From NCBI GenBank assembly GCA_964464475.1, contig CAYXGG010000001.1, forward strand, positions 87,174 through 151,173: a stretch of 64,000 nucleotides of DNA, written 5' to 3'. Made by a program: the position numbers and the translations under genes. Each line of letters starts with the position of its first letter. Position 1 is the stretch's first letter. Source of the DNA: an uncultured Planctomycetales bacterium. Its GTDB lineage: Bacteria; Omnitrophota; Gorgyraeia; Zapsychrales; JAHFFX01. Shown here in pieces: positions 56,235 to 64,000 of this stretch. The notes under the pieces were generated by a model. That model saw nothing but the letters and a program-made list of their open reading frames with translations, was not told where the DNA came from and searched no databases.

Positions 56235-57059
56235 ATGAGTCGATATACTAAATTAATATTTTTGAGCATATTAGCAATTTTGACCGTGGTAAGTACTGTT
56301 TTTGCTATACCGGTTAAATCTGATGACGCTAGGGAAGTCATAGAAGAGGCAAGGATTTCTCAAATTCCGGCTCAGTTGCCAACAGATTCGAAGTCTAGAG
56401 CTCCGGAGCCCACGTCCATGGCGCTTTTTGGGAGTGGTATATTGGGGATGGTTGTCAGTTTCTTTCGTCGTACCTATATTTTGATAAAGAGAGCATTTGA
56501 TGTTTTTGCTGCGATCCTAGGTTTGCTGTTCTTGGCGCCGCTTTTTGTTATTGCCGCTTTCTTGATAAAATTTACTTCAAAAGGGCCAATTATTTATAAG
56601 CAAGTTAGAGTTGGAAAAAACGGTAAGCTTTTTGAAATTTATAAATTTCGTTCAATGCGTACGGATGCTGAAAAAGATAGTGGCCCTGTTTGGGCTAAAG
56701 CCAACGATAATCGTCTCATCCCGCCGGGAAAATTTTTAAGAAAAACCCGAATTGATGAATTACCTCAATTTATTAATGTTCTAAAAGGTGATATGAGCTT
56801 GATCGGGCCTCGTCCGGAGCGACCTGTTTTTGTTGAGAAATTTAAAGAAGTTATTCCTGACTACGAGAAGCGTCTGGCCGTCAAACCTGGGATTACGGGA
56901 TTAGCTCAAGTGTGGCATAAATATGATGAAACGATTGAGGATGTTAAAAAGAAAATTCGTTATGATTTGGTTTATATTAAAAAAGTCAATTTGTGGACTG
57001 ATTTAGGAATATTTTTTAGAACATTTCGAGTTGTTATTACTGGTCAAGGCGCTCAATAA
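56235..57059 (+). CDS. Bacterial sugar transferase (polyprenyl-phosphate phosphoglycosyl transferase, small WbaP/PglC type) with an in-frame N-terminal signal peptide plus PEP-CTERM-like motif
   Basis: Residues 1-79 form a signal peptide and ...SRAPEPTSMALFGSGILGMVVSFFRR (PEP, a transmembrane helix, then RR). This runs without a stop into IKRAFDVFAAILGLLFLAPLF...GPIIYKQVRVGKNGKLFEIYKFRSMR...GPRPERP, the sugar-transferase core. A TTG at 56481 would give a typical MIKRAFD start but has no ribosome-binding site. Confidence 0.7.
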   Translation: MSRYTKLIFLSILAILTVVSTVFAIPVKSDDAREVIEEARISQIPAQLPTDSKSRAPEPTSMALFGSGILGMVVSFFRRTYILIKRAFDVFAAILGLLFLAPLFVIAAFLIKFTSKGPIIYKQVRVGKNGKLFEIYKFRSMRTDAEKDSGPVWAKANDNRLIPPGKFLRKTRIDELPQFINVLKGDMSLIGPRPERPVFVEKFKEVIPDYEKRLAVKPGITGLAQVWHKYDETIEDVKKKIRYDLVYIKKVNLWTDLGIFFRTFRVVITGQGAQ

Positions 57060-57146
57060 ATTTGTATTGTACGCGTATTTCAGGAGATGTAGTAAATTTT
57101 AGAAAACGAAAAAAGTAAACAAGAAAGTATTAAGGAGAAAATTCAA

Positions 57147-57428
57147 ATGAAAAGTACATTTTCAAAGTTAAAAATTTTATCTTTGTTAGGATTTATGCCT
57201 GCAATTTATGGTTGTGGGGCTGGTGGTGGGGCTTTAGGGGCTCTTTTTGGTGCAGTGGGTGGAGGTGTTGCTTCAGCTTTTGGTGGAGGTGGTTCTTTAG
57301 CGTTAGACAGTGGGGGTGGCAGTGGTGGTATTGGTGTTGCGACATTTCATAATCCAGAACCCACATCAATGGCATTATTAGGAACAGGGATGGCTGCCAT
57401 GGCGCTTTATCGAAAGTTTAAGAAATAG
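57147..57428 (+). CDS. Small glycine-rich PEP-CTERM protein (exosortase substrate)
   Basis: Signal peptide (possible lipobox IYGC), about 45 aa of glycine-rich low-complexity sequence, then C-terminal PEPTSMALLGTGMAAMALYRKFKK. Ribosome-binding site TAAGGAG. Confidence 0.8.
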   Translation: MKSTFSKLKILSLLGFMPAIYGCGAGGGALGALFGAVGGGVASAFGGGGSLALDSGGGSGGIGVATFHNPEPTSMALLGTGMAAMALYRKFKK

Positions 57429-57460
57429 TGATTTGATTGCTGTTGAGCTTATTGTTTAAA

Positions 57461-57497
57461 GAGGCGGCGGGTGAGATATTCACCTGTCGCCTTTTTT
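57461..57497 (+). terminator. Intrinsic terminator after the PEP-CTERM gene
   Basis: GGCGGCGGGTGA-GATAT-TCACCTGTCGCC (12-bp stem with two G-U wobbles) followed by TTTTTTTT. Confidence 0.8.
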
Positions 57498-57524
57498 TTG
57501 AATAGGCAAATTAATCTGAACTGG

Positions 57525-57552
57525 AATTGACAGCCACATGTCAAATGATAGA
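57525..57552 (+). promoter_or_regulatory. Candidate sigma-70 promoter with an overlapping inverted repeat
   Basis: TTGACA-N16-TAGAAT. The inverted repeat TGACA-gccaca-TGTCA overlaps the -35 region. Confidence 0.4.
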
Positions 57553-57609
57553 ATTAATCACAAGTCGTTGATAAATAAATAATTTATAAACTATTATAGA
57601 TAAAGAATC

Positions 57610-58479
57610 ATGCCTTCTCGAAGTAGTAAACACGTCATATCCTTACTGAAAACTGCTATTGTTGCGATAGTCGAGCATCCAATAATTTTGTTTCCTTTTT
57701 TGATTTTGGTATTTATTCAATTGTTGCTTCTAGAGGTTTTATTTTTTTCTCCGCGCTATCCTTTGTCAATATTTTTCTCCCCATTGATTCGCACTTTATA
57801 TGGAGAAGCTTTTTTACATTACCCAAACAACTTTATATTAATACCTAAACTTTTTCAATATGTGCAAATGGGGACGTACATTTTCTTTGCTAGTTATTTA
57901 ATTGGGGTATGTGTTGAAATTATTTACCTTATTAATGCCGAAAAGAAATTTACCCTAAGAGCTGTTTTTCGTAGCGTCTTGTCTAGATACGTACATTTAT
58001 TGATGGCGGCAGTAGTCATGTACGTAACGTTTTATTTATTCTTTAGTTCTTATGATGTTTTGTTGCAGCGAGCGAGAATGATTAGATCTGAAGCAGGGGT
58101 TTTCTTCTTAATAAAGGAAATAATTGTTGTTGCCACGCCTTATGTCAACCTTTTTGTAGGAGCCTTGGCGACCGCCCTATATGCATTTGTGGTTCCTTTT
58201 ATCGTGATTGACAGGAAAAAAGTATTTGTAGCAATATGGGAGAATTTTCGTTTATTAAGTAAATCATTTTGGATGGTTTTAGTCACGGTTATTCTGGCAA
58301 CAATGCTGTATTTGCCCATTTTATTTTTTCGGAATAACGTCGGCCTGTGGGCCGATGATTACTTTCCAAGTCTAAGGGTTTGGATTATTGTAATCAGTAT
58401 TATCGTTCAAGCCTTTATTGATTGCGTTATCTATTCGAGTCTAACAAGTTATTTTCTTTTTCTGAAAGAGCAGAAATGA
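57610..58479 (+). CDS. Polytopic membrane protein, unknown function
   Basis: About 8 transmembrane helices; no motifs. Confidence 0.45.
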   Translation: MPSRSSKHVISLLKTAIVAIVEHPIILFPFLILVFIQLLLLEVLFFSPRYPLSIFFSPLIRTLYGEAFLHYPNNFILIPKLFQYVQMGTYIFFASYLIGVCVEIIYLINAEKKFTLRAVFRSVLSRYVHLLMAAVVMYVTFYLFFSSYDVLLQRARMIRSEAGVFFLIKEIIVVATPYVNLFVGALATALYAFVVPFIVIDRKKVFVAIWENFRLLSKSFWMVLVTVILATMLYLPILFFRNNVGLWADDYFPSLRVWIIVISIIVQAFIDCVIYSSLTSYFLFLKEQK

Positions 58480-59384
58480 AGAAGTGCATTGTTTTTATGG
58501 TTCTTGTTTTGGGCGGGATGTTTCTTTTATTTACTGTTTTGGGTCAAGATGGTGATTATGGCGCAGAACAAGAAATGTGGATAGCTAACAAGAAATTTAA
58601 ATTAATTACTCTGGATCCGGCTAATACTCCAGATCAGGAATTTATTAGATTAGAAAAGGTTTATCGAAAAGTAATTAATCGGTACCCGAACTCGTATTTA
58701 ATTAATCAGGCGTATCTTAATATTGGAAGAATGTATGTCTATAAACGAGATTATCGACTAGCTAGAGAGAAGTATCAGGAGATAATAAGAAATTTTCCTC
58801 AAAATCGGATCCTGACATCTGAGGCTTGGATCGCGATGGGGCAGAGTTTTGAGCTGGAGGAGAACTCGCAGGAGGCATTGAGAATTTATAAAATGGTGAT
58901 TAACCAGTTTTCGGAGACTGACTCTGGGCTAATGGCTCCGCTGTATGTAATAAACTTTTTGAAGAAACTAAAGAAAGATGAGGATCTTGAGGAGTTTTTG
59001 ATTCAAGTTGAGCCGCATTATCGAAATTTAGCTAGTAAGCACAAGGGGTCAGCCTTAGAGATTAAATCATTACGTATGTTAACAAACGCTTATTTGCAGC
59101 AAGAGAAATGGGATGCCGCCGTATCTGTCTTGGGAGATATATTATTGCAGTCAATGGCTTCAAGCCAATTGACTCCACAAGAGGCAAATGTTCTTATAAG
59201 ATCAATAAACGCTATCTCAATTACTGAATTGAAGAATTATGATTTGCCGATTAAAATCTACGAAGAATTTATTGCCAGTTACCCTAACCACGGTCTTAGT
59301 CGCCTCATGAAGGAATTGATTAAAGCTTTGACTGCTTTGAAATCTCAGAAGGCGGAGTTTACTCCAAAGAGTTTTGTGCCATGA
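58476..59384 (+). CDS. Secreted TPR-repeat protein
   Basis: Signal peptide (MKKCIVFMVLVLGGMFLLFTVLG) and TPR-like helical repeats (YLNIGRMYVYKRDYRLAREKYQEIIRNFP). ATGA overlap with the previous gene. Confidence 0.55.
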   Translation: MKKCIVFMVLVLGGMFLLFTVLGQDGDYGAEQEMWIANKKFKLITLDPANTPDQEFIRLEKVYRKVINRYPNSYLINQAYLNIGRMYVYKRDYRLAREKYQEIIRNFPQNRILTSEAWIAMGQSFELEENSQEALRIYKMVINQFSETDSGLMAPLYVINFLKKLKKDEDLEEFLIQVEPHYRNLASKHKGSALEIKSLRMLTNAYLQQEKWDAAVSVLGDILLQSMASSQLTPQEANVLIRSINAISITELKNYDLPIKIYEEFIASYPNHGLSRLMKELIKALTALKSQKAEFTPKSFVP

Positions 59385-60700
59385 AAACTACTTCTGCTCA
59401 ACATTCTGAAGAGATGCTTTTGGGAAAGCCCAATGCTTTTCAAAAAGTCAGCGACATTTGTTCCGGTGTTAATTCGGTCAAAGACGAAAACGAGTTGCTG
59501 ACTCAGAATCTGGGTCAACTCTTAGAGCTATTCTCAGCCAGGAGGGGCTCGATATTTATTTTTAATGCCCGGCGAAAAGAGTTGGATCTTAAGGTATCTA
59601 AAGGAATGGCTACAGCTGAACAGAAACATTTGGTCAAGCGTATGGGGGAGGGAGTGGTTGGGAAAGTTGCAGAATTGAAGCAGCCAATTGTGGTTGATGA
59701 TATCTCTAAGGACGATCGGTTTCATAATTATCATGCTCGGGGAAGTTATCGTTCACCTTCTTTCATTTGTGCTCCTTTGTTGTTAAAAGATCAGTTGTTG
59801 GGAGTCATTAGTATCGCAGACAAAGTATCTGGACAGAGGTTTAGTAAAGATGAATTGCTTTTGCTCGACTTTTTGTCGAGTCAGATAGCCTTGAATTATA
59901 AACGGATAAAGTTATATAAGAAATTCAGAAATGTTATTAAAGAGGCGCAAAGTTTAAAGAACGCTTTGGGAAAAAAGTCCGATGAGGCTAATCAGCTCAG
60001 AAAACAGATCGTTGTTCAAGAAAAGTTTGCTTCTATTGGTAAATTGGCGGGTGGAATCGCGCATGAGTTTAATAATCCACTTGACGGGGTTATTCGATAC
60101 ACGAATCTTTCTTTAGAACATCTGAAGAATGATGATGTTGTTCGTGGGTATCTGTTGGAAATAAGGCAAGGATTGCATCGAATGGCCAATATTGTTAGGA
60201 ATTTATTGGCTTGTTCCCGAAATACTCAGGCAAGTATGCAAAAGGTTGATGTGAATCATCGAATTGAGCAGGTCGTGAATGGACTGCAGTCAGATTTTTT
60301 TATGAAGGGAATTAATTTGCGGAAGGATTTCTCTAAAGATATTCCGCTGGTCGTTGATTTAGGGTTAGACTTGATTTTCTCTAATTTACTAAGAAATGCT
60401 ATTGATGCGGTAAAATCAGGCGGTACTATAAAAATATCTACAAGGTTTGCTCAAGAAGTTCTTACTATCCGAGTTGAGGATAATGGATGCGGGATTCCCT
60501 CCGAAATGATGGAGCAGATATTTGAACCATTCTTCACCACTAAGGATATCGAGAAGGGGTGCGGTTTGGGTTTAACAATTGTAGATGAGATTGTCAAAAG
60601 TTATGGCGGGCGTATCCATTTGGAGAGTGCGCCGGATAAAGGAACGGCTTTTACGATCACATTACCAGCGAAGGTATCTACTTATGCAAAAAAACACTAA
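59381..60700 (+). CDS. Cytoplasmic GAF-domain sensor histidine kinase (PrsK-like position)
   Basis: GAF domain (GVVGKVAELKQPIVVDDISKDDRF). HisKA with the phospho-accepting His in GGIAHEFNNPL. HATPase_c N/G boxes (LRNAIDA, DNGCGIP, GCGLGL). No transmembrane segments. Confidence 0.8.
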   Translation: MKTTSAQHSEEMLLGKPNAFQKVSDICSGVNSVKDENELLTQNLGQLLELFSARRGSIFIFNARRKELDLKVSKGMATAEQKHLVKRMGEGVVGKVAELKQPIVVDDISKDDRFHNYHARGSYRSPSFICAPLLLKDQLLGVISIADKVSGQRFSKDELLLLDFLSSQIALNYKRIKLYKKFRNVIKEAQSLKNALGKKSDEANQLRKQIVVQEKFASIGKLAGGIAHEFNNPLDGVIRYTNLSLEHLKNDDVVRGYLLEIRQGLHRMANIVRNLLACSRNTQASMQKVDVNHRIEQVVNGLQSDFFMKGINLRKDFSKDIPLVVDLGLDLIFSNLLRNAIDAVKSGGTIKISTRFAQEVLTIRVEDNGCGIPSEMMEQIFEPFFTTKDIEKGCGLGLTIVDEIVKSYGGRIHLESAPDKGTAFTITLPAKVSTYAKKH

Positions 60701-62096
60701 CAATCATCTTCATATTTTGATTGTCGATGATGAGCCTTTGATACGTCAATCATTGTTTGAAAGTCTGAGGATTGAAGGTTTTCAAGCCACGATGTCGAGT
60801 AATGGCGAAGATGCCTTGGAAAAGTTAAGAAATAACAAAGTAGATATTCTATTAACTGATTTAAAGTTGCCCAAAATGTCCGGTATTCAATTGTTAGAGA
60901 AAGTTAAAAAAGACTACCCGCAAATTGAGGTGATTTTGATTACGGGATTTGGAACGATCGAGACGGCTGTTGAAGCGATGCGTAAAGGCGCTTACGACTA
61001 TATTACTAAGCCAATAAATGACCAAGAGGTGCGTTTGATTTTGCAGAAAATTGTGGAAAAGAAACAGATTCTGCAAGAAAACCAAGATTTAAAGAAAATT
61101 ATTGATAGAACGACGCCTAATTCATTTTGTAGTTTAGTCGGTCGCAGCGAGAAAATGCAGAAAGTTTATCAGATCATTGAATCAGTGGCGAGCACAAATG
61201 CGACTATATTAATTAATGGGGAGAGTGGCACGGGTAAAGGAATGACGGCTAACGCTATTCATCAAAGCGATCGACTCCGCGGCGATAAGCCATTTGTAGA
61301 GGTTAGTTGTGGGGCTTTATCGGAAACTTTGTTGGAAAGTGAGCTGTTTGGTCATGTGAAAGGGGCGTTTACGGGTGCAATTAAGGATAAGGAGGGGCGT
61401 TTTGAATTTGCCAAAGGGGGTACCATCTTTCTCGATGAAATTGACGCCTTTTCGCCTAATTTGCAGGTTAAGTTATTGAGGGTTCTTCAAGATGGGGTTT
61501 TTGAAAGAGTGGGGGATAATAAAACGCGCCACGCGGATGTGCGAATTATTGTGGCTACTAACCAAAATCTAAATGAATTGGTCGCGAAGGGGAAGTTTCG
61601 AGAGGATTTGTATTATCGCATTAATGTCATTGCCATTCCTTTGCCACCCTTAAGAGAGCGTCGGGATGATATTGAGTTTTTAGCCAAATTCTTTATTGAG
61701 AAATACAGTAAAATTAATCGTAAGTCTGTGTCTGGGCTTTCATTGGAAGCTTTGGATCTTTTTAAGGGGTACCATTGGCCTGGAAATGTTCGAGAGCTCG
61801 AAAATGCTATTGAGGGTGCTGTTATTATGGCCAAAAAAGAAATAATTCAAAAAGAGGATATTCCATCTGTTAATCGGATGTTGGAGGGGTATGGCGCTCG
61901 CTCGGCGATGGTTGGTTCGAGTTCAGATTTGGATCAATCTCTGAAGAAAAATTTAGAAACACCTGAGAAAGAACTTATTCTTGCAGTGTTAGAAGAATGT
62001 CGCTGGAATAGAAATAAGGCTGCTGAAAGGTTAGGAATTAATCGGACCACGTTGTATAACAAAATGAAGAAGTACAATATATCTTTTGATAAATAA
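60684..62096 (+). CDS. Sigma-54-dependent response regulator (NtrC family; PEP-CTERM-box regulator PrsR-like)
   Basis: Receiver domain (ILIVDDEP...D in DLKLPKMSG). AAA+ Walker A GESGTGKG, the GAFTGA motif and the ESELFGH arginine-finger region. C-terminal Fis-type helix-turn-helix (RWNRNKAAERLGINRTTLYNKMKK). Start at internal ATG 60684; the upstream part of the tracked ORF is an out-of-frame extension into the kinase gene. Confidence 0.85.
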   Translation: MQKNTNNHLHILIVDDEPLIRQSLFESLRIEGFQATMSSNGEDALEKLRNNKVDILLTDLKLPKMSGIQLLEKVKKDYPQIEVILITGFGTIETAVEAMRKGAYDYITKPINDQEVRLILQKIVEKKQILQENQDLKKIIDRTTPNSFCSLVGRSEKMQKVYQIIESVASTNATILINGESGTGKGMTANAIHQSDRLRGDKPFVEVSCGALSETLLESELFGHVKGAFTGAIKDKEGRFEFAKGGTIFLDEIDAFSPNLQVKLLRVLQDGVFERVGDNKTRHADVRIIVATNQNLNELVAKGKFREDLYYRINVIAIPLPPLRERRDDIEFLAKFFIEKYSKINRKSVSGLSLEALDLFKGYHWPGNVRELENAIEGAVIMAKKEIIQKEDIPSVNRMLEGYGARSAMVGSSSDLDQSLKKNLETPEKELILAVLEECRWNRNKAAERLGINRTTLYNKMKKYNISFDK

Positions 62097-62117
62097 TAAT
62101 TTGCAAACATTTTTCTT

Positions 62118-63197
62118 ATGATGCCCGAAGATTTCAAAAATATGGCAACTGAGTTAATTGTTAAGGATCGGTGGGCCGGATTGCTGGCTCATTTTACCGA
62201 GGCTTTAAGAATTAATTTATTCTTAATGGATTGTGAAGGGAGGATCGTTTTACCGTCCTCTAAGGGCCGTTTTGGCAGCTCTTTGCTGGCAAATTCGGCT
62301 TTCGCTGGTGATTTGGTCTCAAATCCCGGAAATTTTCTAAAGAAATTCGTAAGCAGTAGCGGACATTACCTAGAAAATAAAATGCCTGCTGGCTTTTATT
62401 CCTATGCAATTCCGATTATTGGGAAGGATAGTGAGATTCTAGCGTATTTGATTGTTGGCCCCGTAATTATTGGACAGAGATTGGACAAACAAGATTATCG
62501 TAGTGCTGCGCGCAATATGGGTCTTGATGAGGAAGAATTTCTGGAAGTAGTTGATGAAGTAAAAGTTTTGTCTCATCTGTCGCTAAAAGCAACCCTGGAT
62601 CTTTTGGCTGAAGTGCTTGAATATGGCGTTCAAATGAATTCTCAAAAACAAGAGTTGGAGCATCTAAAGCTAAATATGGGTCTGCTTTCTGTTAAAGCTT
62701 CTCAAGAGCTCAAAGATATATATTCTTCTATATATTTTGATGAGTTGCTAGTGTCGCTTTTAGATGCGGCATTAAGTATGTCTAAAGCTGATACCGGTTC
62801 AGTCATGCTTGTTGATAAAGAAGGAAAAGGCTTGAGTATTAAAGCTTCTAGGGGGGTTTCTAAGAGTTATACGGAGAGTTCAATCATTCCATTGGGGCAA
62901 GGCTTGGCAGGTTGGGTAGTTCAACATAAAAAACCTCTTGTAATCTCTGGTGAAACTGAAAATAACCGAATTAAGCATCTTCTGAAAAGGCCAGAAATTA
63001 GGCAATCGTTGGTAATTCCGTTAGCTGTACAAAATACCATTTTGGGAGTTCTAAATTTGAGTACGTATTCAAAGGAGATCAGTATTTCTTCAGAACAAAC
63101 TTTTCAAGCAGTTTCCCACCTAGTTAGTTTAACCGCATCCGCATTGCTTAATATTCAGCAGAAAATTGAGACAGCGCCGCCTAATCAAATTGCTTAG
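62118..63197 (+). CDS. Sensor protein with an N-terminal PocR-like ligand-binding region and a C-terminal GAF domain; no output domain
   Basis: The C-terminal ~150 aa show a GAF pattern (DTGSVMLVDKEGKGLSIKASRG...LGQGLAGWVV...LVIPL). The N-terminal assignment is weak. Confidence 0.45.
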   Translation: MMPEDFKNMATELIVKDRWAGLLAHFTEALRINLFLMDCEGRIVLPSSKGRFGSSLLANSAFAGDLVSNPGNFLKKFVSSSGHYLENKMPAGFYSYAIPIIGKDSEILAYLIVGPVIIGQRLDKQDYRSAARNMGLDEEEFLEVVDEVKVLSHLSLKATLDLLAEVLEYGVQMNSQKQELEHLKLNMGLLSVKASQELKDIYSSIYFDELLVSLLDAALSMSKADTGSVMLVDKEGKGLSIKASRGVSKSYTESSIIPLGQGLAGWVVQHKKPLVISGETENNRIKHLLKRPEIRQSLVIPLAVQNTILGVLNLSTYSKEISISSEQTFQAVSHLVSLTASALLNIQQKIETAPPNQIA

Positions 63198-63330
63198 GAA
63201 TTGCGTATGGCTCTAATCACAAGTCTTTTTTGGGGATATTAATTAGCGCCCATCTTTACTTCCCATAATATATGTTATGTTAACTATGTGATTAGGAGAG
63301 GAGGTTTTTCCTTGGCATCCTTGGTAGTTG

Positions 63331-63774
63331 TTAGTCGCTAATTAACTTAAAGTTATTGATATCTGGGGTCTTCTGGGTTGGGGTCATACTTTCGATAGAG
63401 TTTGGTTCAATTTCAATGAGGACAAATTTAGGGTCTGAAGGGCTGGAAAAGTATTGCCTAAGCATGGGAATGTTGTTCCAGACCAGCTCCTTGTTTTCTA
63501 AGTTTTCGCTAATCCTTCCTATCCCGGTTATCCTGCAGTAGGACATTTTCCGGTCAATGTAGCAAAGTTCAATTTTGGGGTTTATTTTGACTTGCTGAAT
63601 GGTCCTGGAATGGCTTAAAATTGCCAATAATAATGTACCATCATCAGCCAAATGCGGCATCATGGGTCTCACTCGGGGTTGATCATTTTCTACTGTTGCT
63701 AGGCAGCCGAATCCAGCGTCCTTTATGAGGTCAATAATCCAGTTTCTTTTTAAGGCCAATTGGGGGTCTTCCAT
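63331..63774 (-). CDS. Pyridoxamine 5'-phosphate oxidase-like FMN-binding split-barrel protein
   Basis: GFGCLATVENDQPRVRPMMP...LLLAILSHSRTIQQVKINPKIELCY fits the PNPOx-like fold. Confidence 0.55.
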   Translation of the reverse strand: MEDPQLALKRNWIIDLIKDAGFGCLATVENDQPRVRPMMPHLADDGTLLLAILSHSRTIQQVKINPKIELCYIDRKMSYCRITGIGRISENLENKELVWNNIPMLRQYFSSPSDPKFVLIEIEPNSIESMTPTQKTPDINNFKLISD

Positions 63775-63803
63775 GATCTATTCTCTCCTGTTTGGTTTAA
63801 ATA

Positions 63804-64000
63804 CTAATGCTGTATATTGAATTTTGAAGTATTTAAAGCTTGATGGTTGTTTAGTTTAACTAACTCAGCCGCAATTGAAATGGCTATTTCTTCTGGTGTT
63901 TGGGCTCCAATATCGAGTCCCATGGGAGCCCTAATTTTGTTGATTTTTTTTTCAGATAGCTTAAGTTCTCTTAATTTTCTGATGAATTTTATTTTCTTGA
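63804..64000 (-). CDS. XdhC/CoxI-family protein, C-terminal fragment (gene runs off the window end)
   Basis: The minus-strand translation ...KINKIRAPMGLDIGAQTPEEIAISIAAELVKLNN matches the XdhC Rossmann C-terminus (PIGLDIGAETPEEIA). Stop codon at 63804-63806. Confidence 0.5.
   Translation of the reverse strand, partial: KKIKFIRKLRELKLSEKKINKIRAPMGLDIGAQTPEEIAISIAAELVKLNNHQALNTSKFNIQH

Noticed and set aside
63255-63275. TTGGCAT-ccttg-GTAGT, resembling a sigma-54 -24 element
   Set aside because: The -12 GC dinucleotide is missing at the required spacing, and the site lies between convergent genes.
1-64000. Mobile elements, integrases and tRNA/rRNA genes
   Set aside because: No transposase or integrase-like translation, no terminal inverted repeats, no tRNA cloverleaf candidates or rRNA-like segments seen. 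The locus looks like a native chromosomal EPS island.

Overview
This 64 kb window looks chromosomal and comes from a moderately AT-rich diderm (Gram-negative-type) bacterium. It begins with heme/siroheme genes: an unusual HemC(N-terminal)-CobA-HemD tri-domain fusion, then hemB and hemL, followed by a small lipoprotein, a cupin, and rpoN (sigma-54) on the minus strand. The remaining ~50 kb is one large exopolysaccharide / PEP-CTERM-exosortase locus transcribed on the plus strand. It contains a Wza-like exporter, a Wzz/GumC-like chain-length determinant, an ExeA-like ATPase, a BY-kinase and a sugar epimerase. There are two Wzm/Wzt ABC exporter pairs, about 14 glycosyltransferases (GT4 and GT2, plus one 1023-aa triple-GT protein), and a DegT-aminotransferase/Gfo-Idh-MocA fusion. 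Also present are WecB, methyltransferases, deacetylases, an O-antigen-ligase-like protein, a PslG-like glycoside hydrolase, an exosortase with EpsI, PEP-CTERM proteins and a PrsK/PrsR-like GAF-histidine kinase plus sigma-54-dependent response regulator. The main signals outside annotated genes are: (1) two perfect sigma-54 -24/-12 promoters, each preceded about 125-150 bp upstream by the same ~28-nt palindromic motif, a candidate PrsR enhancer; (2) a PEP-CTERM sorting signal fused in frame to the N-terminus of the priming sugar transferase; (3) a GEMM-like (c-di-GMP-I) riboswitch candidate, with its own sigma-70 promoter and intrinsic terminator, upstream of a 943-aa secreted beta-helix protein that carries 13 tandem cysteine-rich repeats; (4) a tightly packed operon encoding three prepilin-type (minor-pilin-like) proteins, a GT2, the exosortase and EpsI. 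I found no rRNA, tRNA, CRISPR array or transposase.
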